From contig JAKACW010000020.1 in NCBI GenBank assembly GCA_021821045.1, positions 4,487 to 68,486 on the forward strand: a stretch of 64,000 nt of DNA. The letters run 5' to 3'. Made by a program: the position numbers and the translations under genes. The notes below the pieces were generated by a model. The model was not told the origin of the DNA. It saw only the letters and a list, made by a program, of their open reading frames with translations, and searched no databases. Source of the DNA: Pseudomonadota bacterium (lineage in GTDB: Bacteria; Pseudomonadota; Gammaproteobacteria; JAADHS01). Positions 25,305 to 35,238 of the stretch are shown here, in pieces (position 1 is the first letter of the stretch; each line of letters begins with the position of its first letter).

Positions 25305-26267
25305 CTAACTCGTCAGCGCCAGGTGCCACAGCGGTAGTGACGCCAAGGCGACCAATGTCGACGCCGTAACCAACTGAGCATAGAGCGTTGTGTCCAGGTT
25401 GTAGCGGTCGCAGATCACCAGGCCGATTACCATGCTGGGCATGGCCGCTTCGATGACAATCGCGTGACTGAGCGGCGCCGCCACACCCATCGCCACGGCG
25501 CCGCCCAACACCAGCAGTGGTGTGAACAGAAGTTTGATCACCAGCACCGGGGTGATCTCAGCGAGCCGGTCCCGCGCCCGCGCAGGCCATTGCAGACTCA
25601 GGCCAATGGAAATCAGCATCAGCGGAATGACGCCCGCGGCCATCATGGTCAGCAGTTCCGACAGCCAAGTGGGGAAGGGCACCTTCATGCTGTTAAAAAA
25701 GGCGCCCACCACCGCGGCCCACAACGCCGGCACTTTGAACAGCTCGAAGCGCGAAAATGGCGCGCCATCATGGGTGCCATAGCGGCGGGCAAGGGCGATG
25801 CCTGCGGTCAACAAGAATGGGGTGCAGGCGAACAAGTCATATTGGATCGCCACCGAACGGGCCCAGGGGCCGAATGTTTTCTCCAATACCGGCAGGCCCA
25901 GGTAAGTGGCATTGGGAAACGTGGCGGCGAGGACCATGGCGCCCATGACCGGCGAGGCCGTCGGACGGAATCGCAGCCACAACAGGATCAAACCCAGGGC
26001 AATCCCCAAACCGAAAAGCGCCAAGACCGCGATGCGCAGCGTATCCAGTCCCAGCGGCGCCCGCCACATGACCATGAGCACCAGGGCGGGCAGCAGGAGA
26101 ATGAACACGAGATTGGTGAGTACTTGACGCACGATGACCGGGTCAATGCCCAACGGCCGGGTGATGCGCCAAATGACGCCGCAGACGATCAAAACGGCCG
26201 ATTGCAGGACAACGGGGAGCATGACGGTTTGGGGTCCGGGCTGAGTGGCAAGCGCGTATTCTACCAA
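25305..26267 (-). CDS. AEC (auxin efflux carrier) family transporter
   Basis: 320-aa polytopic membrane protein with the typical AEC two-half topology. Confidence 0.75.
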   Translation of the reverse strand: MVEYALATQPGPQTVMLPVVLQSAVLIVCGVIWRITRPLGIDPVIVRQVLTNLVFILLLPALVLMVMWRAPLGLDTLRIAVLALFGLGIALGLILLWLRFRPTASPVMGAMVLAATFPNATYLGLPVLEKTFGPWARSVAIQYDLFACTPFLLTAGIALARRYGTHDGAPFSRFELFKVPALWAAVVGAFFNSMKVPFPTWLSELLTMMAAGVIPLMLISIGLSLQWPARARDRLAEITPVLVIKLLFTPLLVLGGAVAMGVAAPLSHAIVIEAAMPSMVIGLVICDRYNLDTTLYAQLVTASTLVALASLPLWHLALTS

Positions 26268-26323
26268 ATGCTTTTTCTATAAGGTTATAATCGCCGAAAA
26301 CCTCAACCCCACGGCAGCGAGCC

Positions 26324-27043
26324 ATGAGCGAAGTCAGTCGCGTTTTCGTCGTTGACGATGACCCCACGGTCAGGGAATTCCTGTGCGACTACCTGACCGA
26401 GAACGGCTTCGAGGTGGCCGCGGCCGACGGCGGTCCGGCGCTGCGCCGCTTGTTGGAACAGACCGTTCCCCATGTGGTGCTGCTAGACGTCGGTCTGCCG
26501 GGCGAAGACGGCTTGACGCTGGCCCGCTTTGTTCGCGAGCACTTCGACGTGGGCATTATCATCGTTTCCGGCGCCGGTGAAACGGTTGACCGTATCGTCG
26601 GCCTGGAGGTGGGGGCGGACGACTACATCAGCAAGCCGTTCGAGCCCAGGGAATTGCGGGCGCGCTTGAAAAGCGTTGTTCGACGCTATCAGCGCAGCGG
26701 CAACTCGAGCGACCCGGGCGCCGCGGCGAAGGACGCAAGCCGAAGTATCCGGCTCGGAGAATGCACGCTTGATACGCAGTCCCAGCGTCTGCTCGATGGC
26801 AGGGGACAAGAGATTCCTATCACCAACATGGAGTTCGATTTGCTGCGAGTTTTCGTCGAGCGCCCCAATCGGCCGCTGTCGCGGGATCAACTGTTGAATC
26901 TCACCCAGAATCGCGATTGGGATCCCTTCGACCGCAGCATCGATATCCGCATCACCCGTCTGCGCCGCAAGATCGAGACGGACCCGAACAAACCCCGAAT
27001 TCTCAAGACGGTACGGGGCGTGGGCTATATGTTCGTTCCCTAG
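26324..27043 (+). CDS. OmpR-family response regulator
   Basis: REC domain (VVDDDP...LLDVGLPGEDG...KPF) plus a winged-helix C-terminus (LTNMEFDLLRVF...VRGVGYMF). Confidence 0.92.
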   Translation: MSEVSRVFVVDDDPTVREFLCDYLTENGFEVAAADGGPALRRLLEQTVPHVVLLDVGLPGEDGLTLARFVREHFDVGIIIVSGAGETVDRIVGLEVGADDYISKPFEPRELRARLKSVVRRYQRSGNSSDPGAAAKDASRSIRLGECTLDTQSQRLLDGRGQEIPITNMEFDLLRVFVERPNRPLSRDQLLNLTQNRDWDPFDRSIDIRITRLRRKIETDPNKPRILKTVRGVGYMFVP

Positions 27044-27147
27044 CCGCGCCCGATTTGTTTCAATTGTTTCTGTCGCGTAACAGCGCGACCAGTGTGAATC
27101 GCGCGGGTGATAAACTGCTCATGTGTATCCGGCAGCGATAGGTCGCC

Positions 27148-29301
27148 ATGGCATCCAATACTAAAAAACCGGTGATTTTGGGCGTCGACGAGCCCAGGGC
27201 GACGTCCGGGATGGTCGATGACGATCAAGGCCGCCGCCGCATCGAGAAGGCGCTGTTCAATGCGGCGCTCGGCGTGTCTCGTGCGCAGGGCCAGCAGCTG
27301 TTCGATGAATTGATCCGCTCCGCGGCCGAAACCCTGGAAGTGGAGTACGCATTGATCTCGTTGCTCGACGAGTCGTCATCGGGCGGTGCGCGCACCATCG
27401 CCTTTTATGACAACGGCAAGATCGGCGACAACTTTCACTATCGTCTCGAAGGCACGCCTTGCGAAAACGTGATCGGCAAGGAGTTTCGGTTCTTCGCCTC
27501 GGATGTCAGACAGCGATTTCCCGATCCCCACGTGAGAGCGCTGCAGATACACGGCTATGCCGGGGTGCCTTTATTCGATTCCCGCGGCAATGCCTTGGGC
27601 CTGGTGGCGGTCATGAGTCCCAGGCCGATTCACGATGAGCAATTGTTCGAATCGATTTTGCGCATTTTCGCGGAGCGCGTTGCGGCGGAAGTGGAACGCG
27701 CGCGAATCGATGACATGCGTCTGGAGCGCGAGCAGGCGTTGCGCAAGAGCGAGGAGCGCTTGCGGGCGACGGTGGCGGCGGCGCTGGATTGCATTCTCGG
27801 CATGGATAGCGACGGCAACATCATCGAGTTCAACCCGGCGGCGGAGAAATGCTTTGGCTATTCGCGCCAACAGGTGCTCGGGCGTTCGCTTGCCGATGCC
27901 ATCATTCCGCCGTCCATGCGTGAGGCGCACCGGCGCGGAATGAGTCGCTATCTCACGACCGGCGACGGCCCCTTTCTGGGCAAGCGAATCGAAGTGACGG
28001 CCATGCGCAGCGACGGTTCCGAGTTTCCGGCCGAGCTGGCGATTGGCGTAACGCGCGATCCGAGCGGTCACATTTTTATCGGGTACCTGCGTGACATCTC
28101 CCAAATCAAGCGCGCCGAGCAAGGGCGCAGTCAGTTGGAAGCACAACTACGCCAGGCCCAAAAGATGGAAGCGATCGGTCATCTGACCGGCGGCATCGCC
28201 CATGACTTCAACAATATTCTGACGGGCATCATGGGCTACATCGACATGGCGCAGGAGAGGGCGGGACAGGCGCGAGACGCCAAACTGGAAAAGTATCTCG
28301 ACCGCGCCAAGCGCTCCGGTCAACGGGCGCGAGATCTGATTCAGCAAATGTTGACCTTCAGCCGCGGCAAACGCGGCACCCCTCGGCCCATTGATTTCTG
28401 CGCCGTGGTGGGTGAATCGGTGAAACTGCTCGAATCCAGTTTGCCTTCCAGCGTGGTGTTGTCGGTGGACCTCGCGCCGGACTTGCCGACGGTGATGATG
28501 GACCCGGTTCACCTGGAGCAGATCGTCGTGAACTTGTGCATCAACGCGCGGGACGCCATGAACGGCAGCGGGGCGCTCGAGGTGGCCGTGCGAGCGATCG
28601 ACTGCTCCACGGCGTGCGTGTGCGCTTCATGTCGCGCGCCCTTGCGCGGACCGTATGTTGCGGTGAGCGTGAAGGATAACGGTCCCGGTATCCAGCCGGA
28701 GCACATCGAGCGAATTTTCGAGCCGTTTTTCAGTACCAAGGAAGTCGGCAAGGGCAGCGGCATGGGGTTGTCCACGGTGCACGGGATCGTTCACGAATAT
28801 GGCGGTCATATCACCGTGGACAATCGACCGGGGGCTGGGGCGACATTCAATATTCTGCTGCCCCTGTTGGCGGTGAGCGGTCCGGGCTACGACGGTACGA
28901 CGGGCGAACCCGATTTTACCGTCGCCGCCCGCGCGCTGACCGGCAGCGTATTGCTGGTGGATGACGATGAATCGGTGCTGGAGTTTATGACGGACCTGTT
29001 GGAGAACTGGGGAATGACGGTCACCGCTATGCCCAGCGCGACCGCGGCCTTGGATCAGCTCGACGATGAAAACCATCGGTACGATTTGCTCATTGTCGAC
29101 CAGACGATGCCCCGCATGACCGGCACACAGCTTGCCGGCACACTGCGCCAGCGCTTTCCGAGTCTTCCGATTATCCTGTATACGGGTTACGGCGAGAATC
29201 TGTCCGAGCGGGATATCCAGGGCCATGGTATTCGCGCATTGGTGAAAAAGCCCATCGACACCAAAAAGTTCTTTGAAATCGTGCAGGGTATTTTGTCCTA
29301 G
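27148..29301 (+). CDS. GAF-PAS hybrid sensor histidine kinase / response regulator
   Basis: GAF-like N-terminus, a PAS domain, an H-box (GGIAHDFNNIL), HATPase motifs (DNGPGI, GSGMGLS) and a C-terminal REC domain (VLLVDDDE...DQTMPRMTG...KKP). Confidence 0.9.
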   Translation: MASNTKKPVILGVDEPRATSGMVDDDQGRRRIEKALFNAALGVSRAQGQQLFDELIRSAAETLEVEYALISLLDESSSGGARTIAFYDNGKIGDNFHYRLEGTPCENVIGKEFRFFASDVRQRFPDPHVRALQIHGYAGVPLFDSRGNALGLVAVMSPRPIHDEQLFESILRIFAERVAAEVERARIDDMRLEREQALRKSEERLRATVAAALDCILGMDSDGNIIEFNPAAEKCFGYSRQQVLGRSLADAIIPPSMREAHRRGMSRYLTTGDGPFLGKRIEVTAMRSDGSEFPAELAIGVTRDPSGHIFIGYLRDISQIKRAEQGRSQLEAQLRQAQKMEAIGHLTGGIAHDFNNILTGIMGYIDMAQERAGQARDAKLEKYLDRAKRSGQRARDLIQQMLTFSRGKRGTPRPIDFCAVVGESVKLLESSLPSSVVLSVDLAPDLPTVMMDPVHLEQIVVNLCINARDAMNGSGALEVAVRAIDCSTACVCASCRAPLRGPYVAVSVKDNGPGIQPEHIERIFEPFFSTKEVGKGSGMGLSTVHGIVHEYGGHITVDNRPGAGATFNILLPLLAVSGPGYDGTTGEPDFTVAARALTGSVLLVDDDESVLEFMTDLLENWGMTVTAMPSATAALDQLDDENHRYDLLIVDQTMPRMTGTQLAGTLRQRFPSLPIILYTGYGENLSERDIQGHGIRALVKKPIDTKKFFEIVQGILS

Positions 29302-29563
29302 CGAAACATCGCTGTTACAAACCGATAACAATCGGCAACGTTGCCGAAATTCCGCTGTTACGCTCCCGCCTTATCTTTTCACTCAGACGCAGACAATTCG
29401 CTGCGCCGTCCAAGAGCAACGCAACTGAAAGGAAAGTGCCATGGATATTTCGACCTCGACACCGCGGACGCCGCGTGAGTCGGTAAACGCCTTGATAGCC
29501 ATTCTGTGCGCCTTGGCCTGGAATGGGGCTTAACTCGACACCACCTCAACGGAGGATTCAACC

Positions 29564-30328
29564 ATGTTCAAACGTATATCTATATTTGGGTTCGGCGTCG
29601 TGAGCTACGCCATCTTCTTTGCCACGTTTCTGTATGCGATTGGGTTTATCGGCAACATAGTTGTGCCCAAGAGCATCGACGCCGTGCCACAAGTGTCGTT
29701 TCTTACGGCGCTGCTCGTCAATAGCGCCCTGTTGGGCATCTTTGCCATTCAACACAGTGTGATGGCGCGACCGGCTTTCAAACGTTGGCTGACCCGCTAT
29801 GTGCCGCGGTCGGCGGAGCGCAGCGTCTACGTGTTGGCGTCGAGCATCGCGCTCATTGCGCTATTCGCCCACTGGGAGCCGATGGGCGGAGTCGTCTGGC
29901 AGATTACCGATCCCTTCGGCCAGACGATGTTGTACGCCGCGTACGCTTTCGGCTGGGCGCTGGTGCTGGTGGCGACATTCATGATCAATCACTTTGACTT
30001 GTTTGGTCTGCGTCAAGTGTGGCTGCAATTGCTGGGCAAGGAGTACACGCCCTTGCCCTTTAAGACGCCGTCTCTGTACAAGGTGGTGCGTCACCCCCTT
30101 TATGTCGGCTGGTTTTTTGCCTTCTGGGCGACGCCGACCATGACCGCAGCCCACCTGGTATTCGCGTTGTTGGCAAGCGCCTACATCCTGATCGCGATTC
30201 AGTTGGAAGAACGGGATTTGGCGCAGGTTCATCCGGAGTATCGCGGTTACAAGCAACGGGTGCCGATGTTGGTTCCGCGGTTGTTTGGTAAGCGCAACGG
30301 TCGACCGCCGGCCACGGAAGCGGCGTAG
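29564..30328 (+). CDS. ICMT/PEMT-superfamily membrane methyltransferase, MddA-like
   Basis: Polytopic membrane protein with FKTPSLYKVVRHPLYVGWFFAFWATP...IAIQLEERDL, the ICMT-type SAM-binding region. The N-terminus (FLYAIGFIGNIVVPKSID) resembles methanethiol S-methyltransferase family members as I recall them. Confidence 0.6.
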   Translation: MFKRISIFGFGVVSYAIFFATFLYAIGFIGNIVVPKSIDAVPQVSFLTALLVNSALLGIFAIQHSVMARPAFKRWLTRYVPRSAERSVYVLASSIALIALFAHWEPMGGVVWQITDPFGQTMLYAAYAFGWALVLVATFMINHFDLFGLRQVWLQLLGKEYTPLPFKTPSLYKVVRHPLYVGWFFAFWATPTMTAAHLVFALLASAYILIAIQLEERDLAQVHPEYRGYKQRVPMLVPRLFGKRNGRPPATEAA

Positions 30329-30385
30329 ATGGCAAACGGCGGGGCGGGGGCTGATTCTTCCCCGCCCGGTAGTGATTCCGAGGAG

Positions 30386-30410
30386 AACGCGGTAAGAAAT
30401 CGCTCCCACA
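30386..30410. repeat. degenerate REP-like unit
   Basis: AACGCGGTAAGAAATCGCTCCCACA, a diverged inverted variant B. Confidence 0.6.
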
Positions 30411-30435
30411 ATGACTGATGAAGAGGAGACGTATC

Positions 30436-31224
30436 ATGGCTATATCCTGTCCAACACACTTCGATGTTCAGTATTTGCGCGAGCAAGTGCGCAAGACCTA
30501 CGATCAAGTCGCGCAAGATCCTTCCGGGGAATTTCATTTTCATCGTGGGCCGGACTACGCGGTCCGCTATCTCGGCTACGATCGCACGGAGTTAGCGGCG
30601 CTACCCGAGCGGGCGACCTCGCGGTTCGCCGGCGTCGGCAATCCCATCAGCATCGGACCTTTCGGCGCGGGCGAGACGGTGCTGGACCACGCCTGCGGCG
30701 CGGGCATGGACTTGCTGCTTGCCGCGCGACGCATCGGCCCCGGTGGCATAGCCATCGGCGTCGATATGACAGCAGGGATGAGACAAAACGCTTCCGCGGC
30801 GGCGCAAGAGGCGGGCATGCGCAACATCGTGATTCGCGAGGGCGTCTATGAGGATCTGCCCGTCGACGACGAATCGGTGGACGTTGTCATCTCAAACGGC
30901 GTCATCAATCTCGCTCCGGATAAAGAAATCGTGCTGCGGGAAATCGTGCGGGTTCTGAAGCCGGGCGGCCGGCTGTACCTGGCGGATGTCATCGTCCAGC
31001 GCGAACTGTCGCTGTCGGCGCGCAGCAACCCGGATCTGTGGGCCGCTTGTGTCGGCGGCGCGTTGGTTGAGCCGGAGCTTTACCGCTTGGTAGACAACGT
31101 CGGCATGGTCGCAGGTAGCGTCGTGCGGCGTTTCAACTGCTTTCTGGAGACGAGCGCCGAACGCAAAGTGTCCAGCGACTTGTTCGTTCACAGCGTCAAT
31201 TTTTTCGCAAGGAAGCCGGAGTAA
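30436..31224 (+). CDS. ArsM/AS3MT-like class I SAM methyltransferase lacking two of the catalytic cysteines
   Basis: VLDHACGAGMD, VDVVISNGVINLAPDK, LKPGGRLYLADV and LWAACVGGAL align by eye with ArsM motifs. GAGGAG lies 7 nt upstream of the ATG at 30436. Confidence 0.75.
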   Translation: MAISCPTHFDVQYLREQVRKTYDQVAQDPSGEFHFHRGPDYAVRYLGYDRTELAALPERATSRFAGVGNPISIGPFGAGETVLDHACGAGMDLLLAARRIGPGGIAIGVDMTAGMRQNASAAAQEAGMRNIVIREGVYEDLPVDDESVDVVISNGVINLAPDKEIVLREIVRVLKPGGRLYLADVIVQRELSLSARSNPDLWAACVGGALVEPELYRLVDNVGMVAGSVVRRFNCFLETSAERKVSSDLFVHSVNFFARKPE

Positions 31225-31234
31225 GGCGTGCGCC

Positions 31235-31258
31235 GTAGGAGCGGTTTCAACCGCGATT
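31235..31258. repeat. degenerate REP-like unit
   Basis: GTAGGAGCGGTTTCAACCGCGATT. Confidence 0.6.
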
Positions 31259-31283
31259 TCCGCAAAGATAGACCGGGGTACCG

Positions 31284-31985
31284 CTATGGCAGCGACAAAA
31301 TGAATTTTCCGCCGCCGTCGATGCCGCTGTTCTCGAAGCGGATGTGGCCTTCGCGCTGGTTATGACTGTGCAGGCTGGCTACTTGGTGGGCGAAATACAA
31401 GCCCAGGCCGGTGCTGCCGGTATCGAAGCTGATACCGGTTTGTAGAAAAGCGTCCGGTTTGAGCATGTCCTCGGGATAGCCCGGGCCGTTGTCGGCAATA
31501 GTGAGTCGCAACCAGCCGTCCTCGATCCAAGCTTTGATCTCGATCCGGTCGCGGGTGTATTTGTAGGCATTGTTGAGAATATTGTGAACAATGCCGGCCA
31601 CCAGATTCTTGTCGAAATACCAAGTCAAACCATCTTCGATATTGACGTCGACGGCGACTCCTCTTTGGGCCAGCAACTCGCGGTGGGGCAGCACGACATC
31701 GTCGAGAAAGTCCGCGACGTCCACTTCCGCCACGTTAAGAAGGTATTGTTCGTTGCCAATCTTGTACAGCGTCAGCATTTGTACAAGATGGTTGTTCATG
31801 CGCTTGGTCTCATAGACCATCTGAGTCAAGCGATCCGCCGATTCGGCGTCTTTGGGGCGAATGATCTCGGTCACGTCGTCGAGTGTGTTGATTAGCATGT
31901 TGAGCGAGTTCTTCATGTCGTGCACGGAACTGGCGAGCAGGCTGGTGAGGGCCAGGCTGCGCGTCTTGTCTTGTTTTTTGCTCAT
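31284..31985 (-). CDS. cytoplasmic (sensorless) histidine kinase
   Basis: H-box (LLASSVHDMKNSLN), N box (NNAYKYT) and G boxes (DNGPGY, GSTGLGL). No TM or sensor domain. Confidence 0.85.
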   Translation of the reverse strand: MSKKQDKTRSLALTSLLASSVHDMKNSLNMLINTLDDVTEIIRPKDAESADRLTQMVYETKRMNNHLVQMLTLYKIGNEQYLLNVAEVDVADFLDDVVLPHRELLAQRGVAVDVNIEDGLTWYFDKNLVAGIVHNILNNAYKYTRDRIEIKAWIEDGWLRLTIADNGPGYPEDMLKPDAFLQTGISFDTGSTGLGLYFAHQVASLHSHNQREGHIRFENSGIDGGGKFILSLP

Positions 31986-32009
31986 ATGCCGAATTCCGCC
32001 GTTGAGCCG

Positions 32010-33617
32010 TTAGACCGCGACGATCTTTTTGTAGAAGCCGATCAGCTTTTGGTATTTCTCATTGGTCGGGCTGATTTGACGCACGCGATCCAAATACTGG
32101 CGCGCTTGATACAAATGGCGATCGTTCTTGCCGGCCTTTTGCATGTGCATGATCAGGGACTGAGCGGCATTGAGGTTGATGACCAAGTTCTCGGGCATGC
32201 CGGTGGCCGCCTTGGCGAAGAACTCGATGGATTCCTCGAGTTTGCCTTCCTTGGCCAGTTGCACGCCTTTGTTGTTTATGTCGACGACCTCTTGGCGCGT
32301 GGAGCTGATCAAAGCGGAGCCTTCATCGCTCATGCCCATCTCGTTGAAAAGGCCCTGCGCCTGTTTGAGCACGTCCTCGTCTTCATGATGGTTGCGCACC
32401 ACGTATTTGACCAGTTCCTCGCCTTGCTCTTTCCTGCCCATGGCGAAACAGGTCTTGGCCAGATCCATGGCGACGCTGGTCGGCACATTGCCGGATAGAT
32501 TCTGGAAAATGTGCGATGCTTCCTCGATCGCCTTCTCGGCTTGGTCGGGTTGGCCGAGTTTGGTGTAGATGGAACCTTCCATCACCGCCGCTTGCAGTGT
32601 GGCCTCTGGCGCGTTTTTGAATTCGTCGCGAACGTTGGAGATGACTTTGAGCGCATCGATGGCGCTGCCCTTGTCGAGGTAGACTTTGGCCAGACCGCTG
32701 TAATCGCTGGCTTCCTTGTAGCACGACGTTCGGCCGATCTTGACGACCTTCTTGAAGGACGCCTCGGCCGTTTCAAGATCCTTGTTCTTGTAGGCCAGTT
32801 CCGCCAACTGCTTCTGACGCAGAATCGCTTTGGGCGAAAGGGTGACGGCATCCGTCAACACCCGCTGGGCCTCGGACGTATCGCCAAGGGCTTCATAAGT
32901 CTTGGCGAGCCAGTCGTAGGCTTCCACCAATTGGGAGTTCTTTTCGATCAACTCTTGCAGCAGTTCCTTCGCGGACATGTAGTCCTTGTTTTCGTAACGA
33001 ATCTTGGCCACGCCCAGGGCGGCCCACGGAATGTCGCGAATCGACAGGACTTTCTCATAGATGCTGAGGGCTTCGGTATAGTCGCCCAGTCGCTCGCACA
33101 GGTCGGCTTTGGTGCGCATGATTTCCATGAGATTCTTTGGATTGGTCGCCAACTTTTGGTCGCACAGCGTGATGGCGGCAAGGAGATCCTTGCGGCTGAT
33201 GGCTTTTTCGATTTCCTCGAGATCCGCCTTCTTTTGCTGGATCTTTTCTAAGCGGGACGAGAACTCCGTTTTGGTAAACGGCTTGGTCAGGTAGCCGTCG
33301 GGCTGATACTCCATGGCACCCATGACCATCTCGACGGTGTTCTCTGCGGTGATCATCATCCAGATGGTGGCATAGTTGATGTGGTTCTTGGCCTTTGCCT
33401 CCTCGAGAACCTGTTGCCCGTCTTTGCCGTCGCCGAGGTTGTAGTCGCAAAGAACGATGTCGTACTTCTTTTTGGACAGCGCCTTGACGGCTTCGTCGCC
33501 GTTCTTGGCGTCGTCGATGTCTTGACCGCGAAAGGCGACGGCCATCTTGCGCATCATCGAGCGCATTTCCGGGAAGTCGTCCACCACCAAAATTTTCTTT
33601 CCAGCAAGGTCTAACAT
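32010..33617 (-). CDS. response regulator with C-terminal TPR array
   Basis: REC domain (ILVVDDFPEMR...VLCDYNLGDG...TKPF) followed by about 400 aa of TPR-like repeats. Confidence 0.88.
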   Translation of the reverse strand: MLDLAGKKILVVDDFPEMRSMMRKMAVAFRGQDIDDAKNGDEAVKALSKKKYDIVLCDYNLGDGKDGQQVLEEAKAKNHINYATIWMMITAENTVEMVMGAMEYQPDGYLTKPFTKTEFSSRLEKIQQKKADLEEIEKAISRKDLLAAITLCDQKLATNPKNLMEIMRTKADLCERLGDYTEALSIYEKVLSIRDIPWAALGVAKIRYENKDYMSAKELLQELIEKNSQLVEAYDWLAKTYEALGDTSEAQRVLTDAVTLSPKAILRQKQLAELAYKNKDLETAEASFKKVVKIGRTSCYKEASDYSGLAKVYLDKGSAIDALKVISNVRDEFKNAPEATLQAAVMEGSIYTKLGQPDQAEKAIEEASHIFQNLSGNVPTSVAMDLAKTCFAMGRKEQGEELVKYVVRNHHEDEDVLKQAQGLFNEMGMSDEGSALISSTRQEVVDINNKGVQLAKEGKLEESIEFFAKAATGMPENLVINLNAAQSLIMHMQKAGKNDRHLYQARQYLDRVRQISPTNEKYQKLIGFYKKIVAV

Positions 33618-33672
33618 CCGATACCTCTGTCTTTGCGTTGCTCGCGGTGCTGCAGGTTAAGGCGGTGACGCC

Positions 33673-35238
33673 CTAGCCGAGTAGGTCTTCCAGTTCCGCG
33701 ATCAATGCCTCCTTGTCGTGTGTCTTCGCTTTGGACTTGTCAGCCGCGCGCGACTCCGAGCGCGCCGGCGCGGTGTCCGGGTCCGGTATCAACGGTTCGG
33801 TTGTCGCGTCCGCGGCGGACTGTCCACTTTCATCGCCGTCAGAGACTATATCGTTGTTTTTCTTGTTTTCCCCAGGTTCTCCGACCGACGCAGCCGTTTT
33901 CGCGTCGAGATCCGGTATTAACTCCACACTTTTCGTATCATTCTGTGGCTGTGGTGTCGGCGTGGAATCGCTTAGCAAGCTGTCGAGAATCTCGTCGGGA
34001 TCGAGGTCGCCGGCGGTGCCGGGTTTCGCGGGCCGAGTTGAAGCGGATGTTGGCTGGGGCTCGTTCGCCGTGGCCGGCACTTGCGCTTGGTTGACTTCCG
34101 CAGCTTCGGATAGCGCGATGGTGTCCGTCGCGGACACGTCCGATCGGGCGATCTGGTCAAGAATGTCATCCGGGTCCGGCGTCGAACTGGACGCAAGTTC
34201 GATTTCGTCCTGATGTGGTGCGGCGGCGACGTCGAGGTCAGCGGCCGGAGGCGGCGCGGCCTCGATTATCTGGTCATCGGCAGAGATTGCCTGCGGCTCT
34301 TCCGCCGCAGCGATGTCGATCTCATGCTCGGTCACTGTTGGCGCTGCAGGTTCGGTGTCCTCGATCGGCGTTAGCTCGGATGCGGATTTGTCGCTGAGTT
34401 CAGGCTCGGCCGCGCCGGCTTCGCCAAACAGCAAGTCGTCCGGAATCTCCGCGATGCCTGATGTATCGAGTTCCTGGCTTGGCATGCTCGCCGATGCAGG
34501 CTGCGCCGGGGGTTCAACTTCCGCAGCGGAGTCCAGCGATCCAAGGTCGACAATCTCTTGGGGTTCACCGGATTCTTCTGTTTGCTCCGAGAAGTCGAGA
34601 TCCAGTTCTTCGATGGCCATTTCCTTGTCCGGCGCGGCGGTCGGGACGGCGGAAGCGCTGTTGGTCTCACCAGGCGGTGCGTCGCGCTCGGGTTGAGCTG
34701 GCCGCGCGGTTACTGCCGCCGCCGAGATTCCGGCAATCGCTTTTTTCAAATCGTCACGTGTCGCTTTCAGCTCGGTTTGGACCTTCGCTTGTTCGCTGCG
34801 GATGGCGTCGATGATTTTCGCGGTCTCGTTGCCCGAGCCGGCGACCGCCGCAATCGGGGAGGGCGCGGCGACCGGCGCCGCGGCGACTTCTTTGATGAGA
34901 GCTTCCACTTGAACGTCGAGCGCGAGCAAGGACTTGCCGTCGGCCTTCAGGAGCGCTTGAATCAGAAAGCGGTACAAGCCGGTTTCCGCTTTCAAGATCG
35001 CATCCGCCAGGGCGGCGGTTCGTTCGTCACTGGCGCCGCCGGCTGCTTTCAATGCGGCACGCAGTGTTTCGATGCGCTGTGGTCCGTTATCTTTTAATCG
35101 TCCCACCAGTTCTAGCAGCGCTTGTTGCCGTTGGCGGCGGCGGCGCAGGGCAAAGCCGCCCATTACGGCCACGACCACGGTAAGCAGGCCAATGGCTTCG
35201 AGCAGGATGTAATAAAGCGTTGGGCTAAGCTGGATCAT
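33673..35238 (-). CDS. single-pass membrane protein with long acidic, Pro/Ala-rich low-complexity region
   Basis: N-terminal TM helix (LLEAIGLLTVVVAVMGGFAL), then RRRRQRQQ, a helical segment, and about 380 aa rich in D/E/A/P. It overlaps the upstream gene by 14 nt. Confidence 0.7.
   Translation of the reverse strand: MIQLSPTLYYILLEAIGLLTVVVAVMGGFALRRRRQRQQALLELVGRLKDNGPQRIETLRAALKAAGGASDERTAALADAILKAETGLYRFLIQALLKADGKSLLALDVQVEALIKEVAAAPVAAPSPIAAVAGSGNETAKIIDAIRSEQAKVQTELKATRDDLKKAIAGISAAAVTARPAQPERDAPPGETNSASAVPTAAPDKEMAIEELDLDFSEQTEESGEPQEIVDLGSLDSAAEVEPPAQPASASMPSQELDTSGIAEIPDDLLFGEAGAAEPELSDKSASELTPIEDTEPAAPTVTEHEIDIAAAEEPQAISADDQIIEAAPPPAADLDVAAAPHQDEIELASSSTPDPDDILDQIARSDVSATDTIALSEAAEVNQAQVPATANEPQPTSASTRPAKPGTAGDLDPDEILDSLLSDSTPTPQPQNDTKSVELIPDLDAKTAASVGEPGENKKNNDIVSDGDESGQSAADATTEPLIPDPDTAPARSESRAADKSKAKTHDKEALIAELEDLLG

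Noticed and set aside
29441-29533. 30-codon uORF (MDISTSTPRTPRESVNALIAILCALAWNGA) upstream of the MddA-like gene.
   Set aside because: It has only a weak AGGAAA-type SD and no recognisable features or supporting structure. The evidence is too thin to annotate, so I mention it under the dyad-region finding only.
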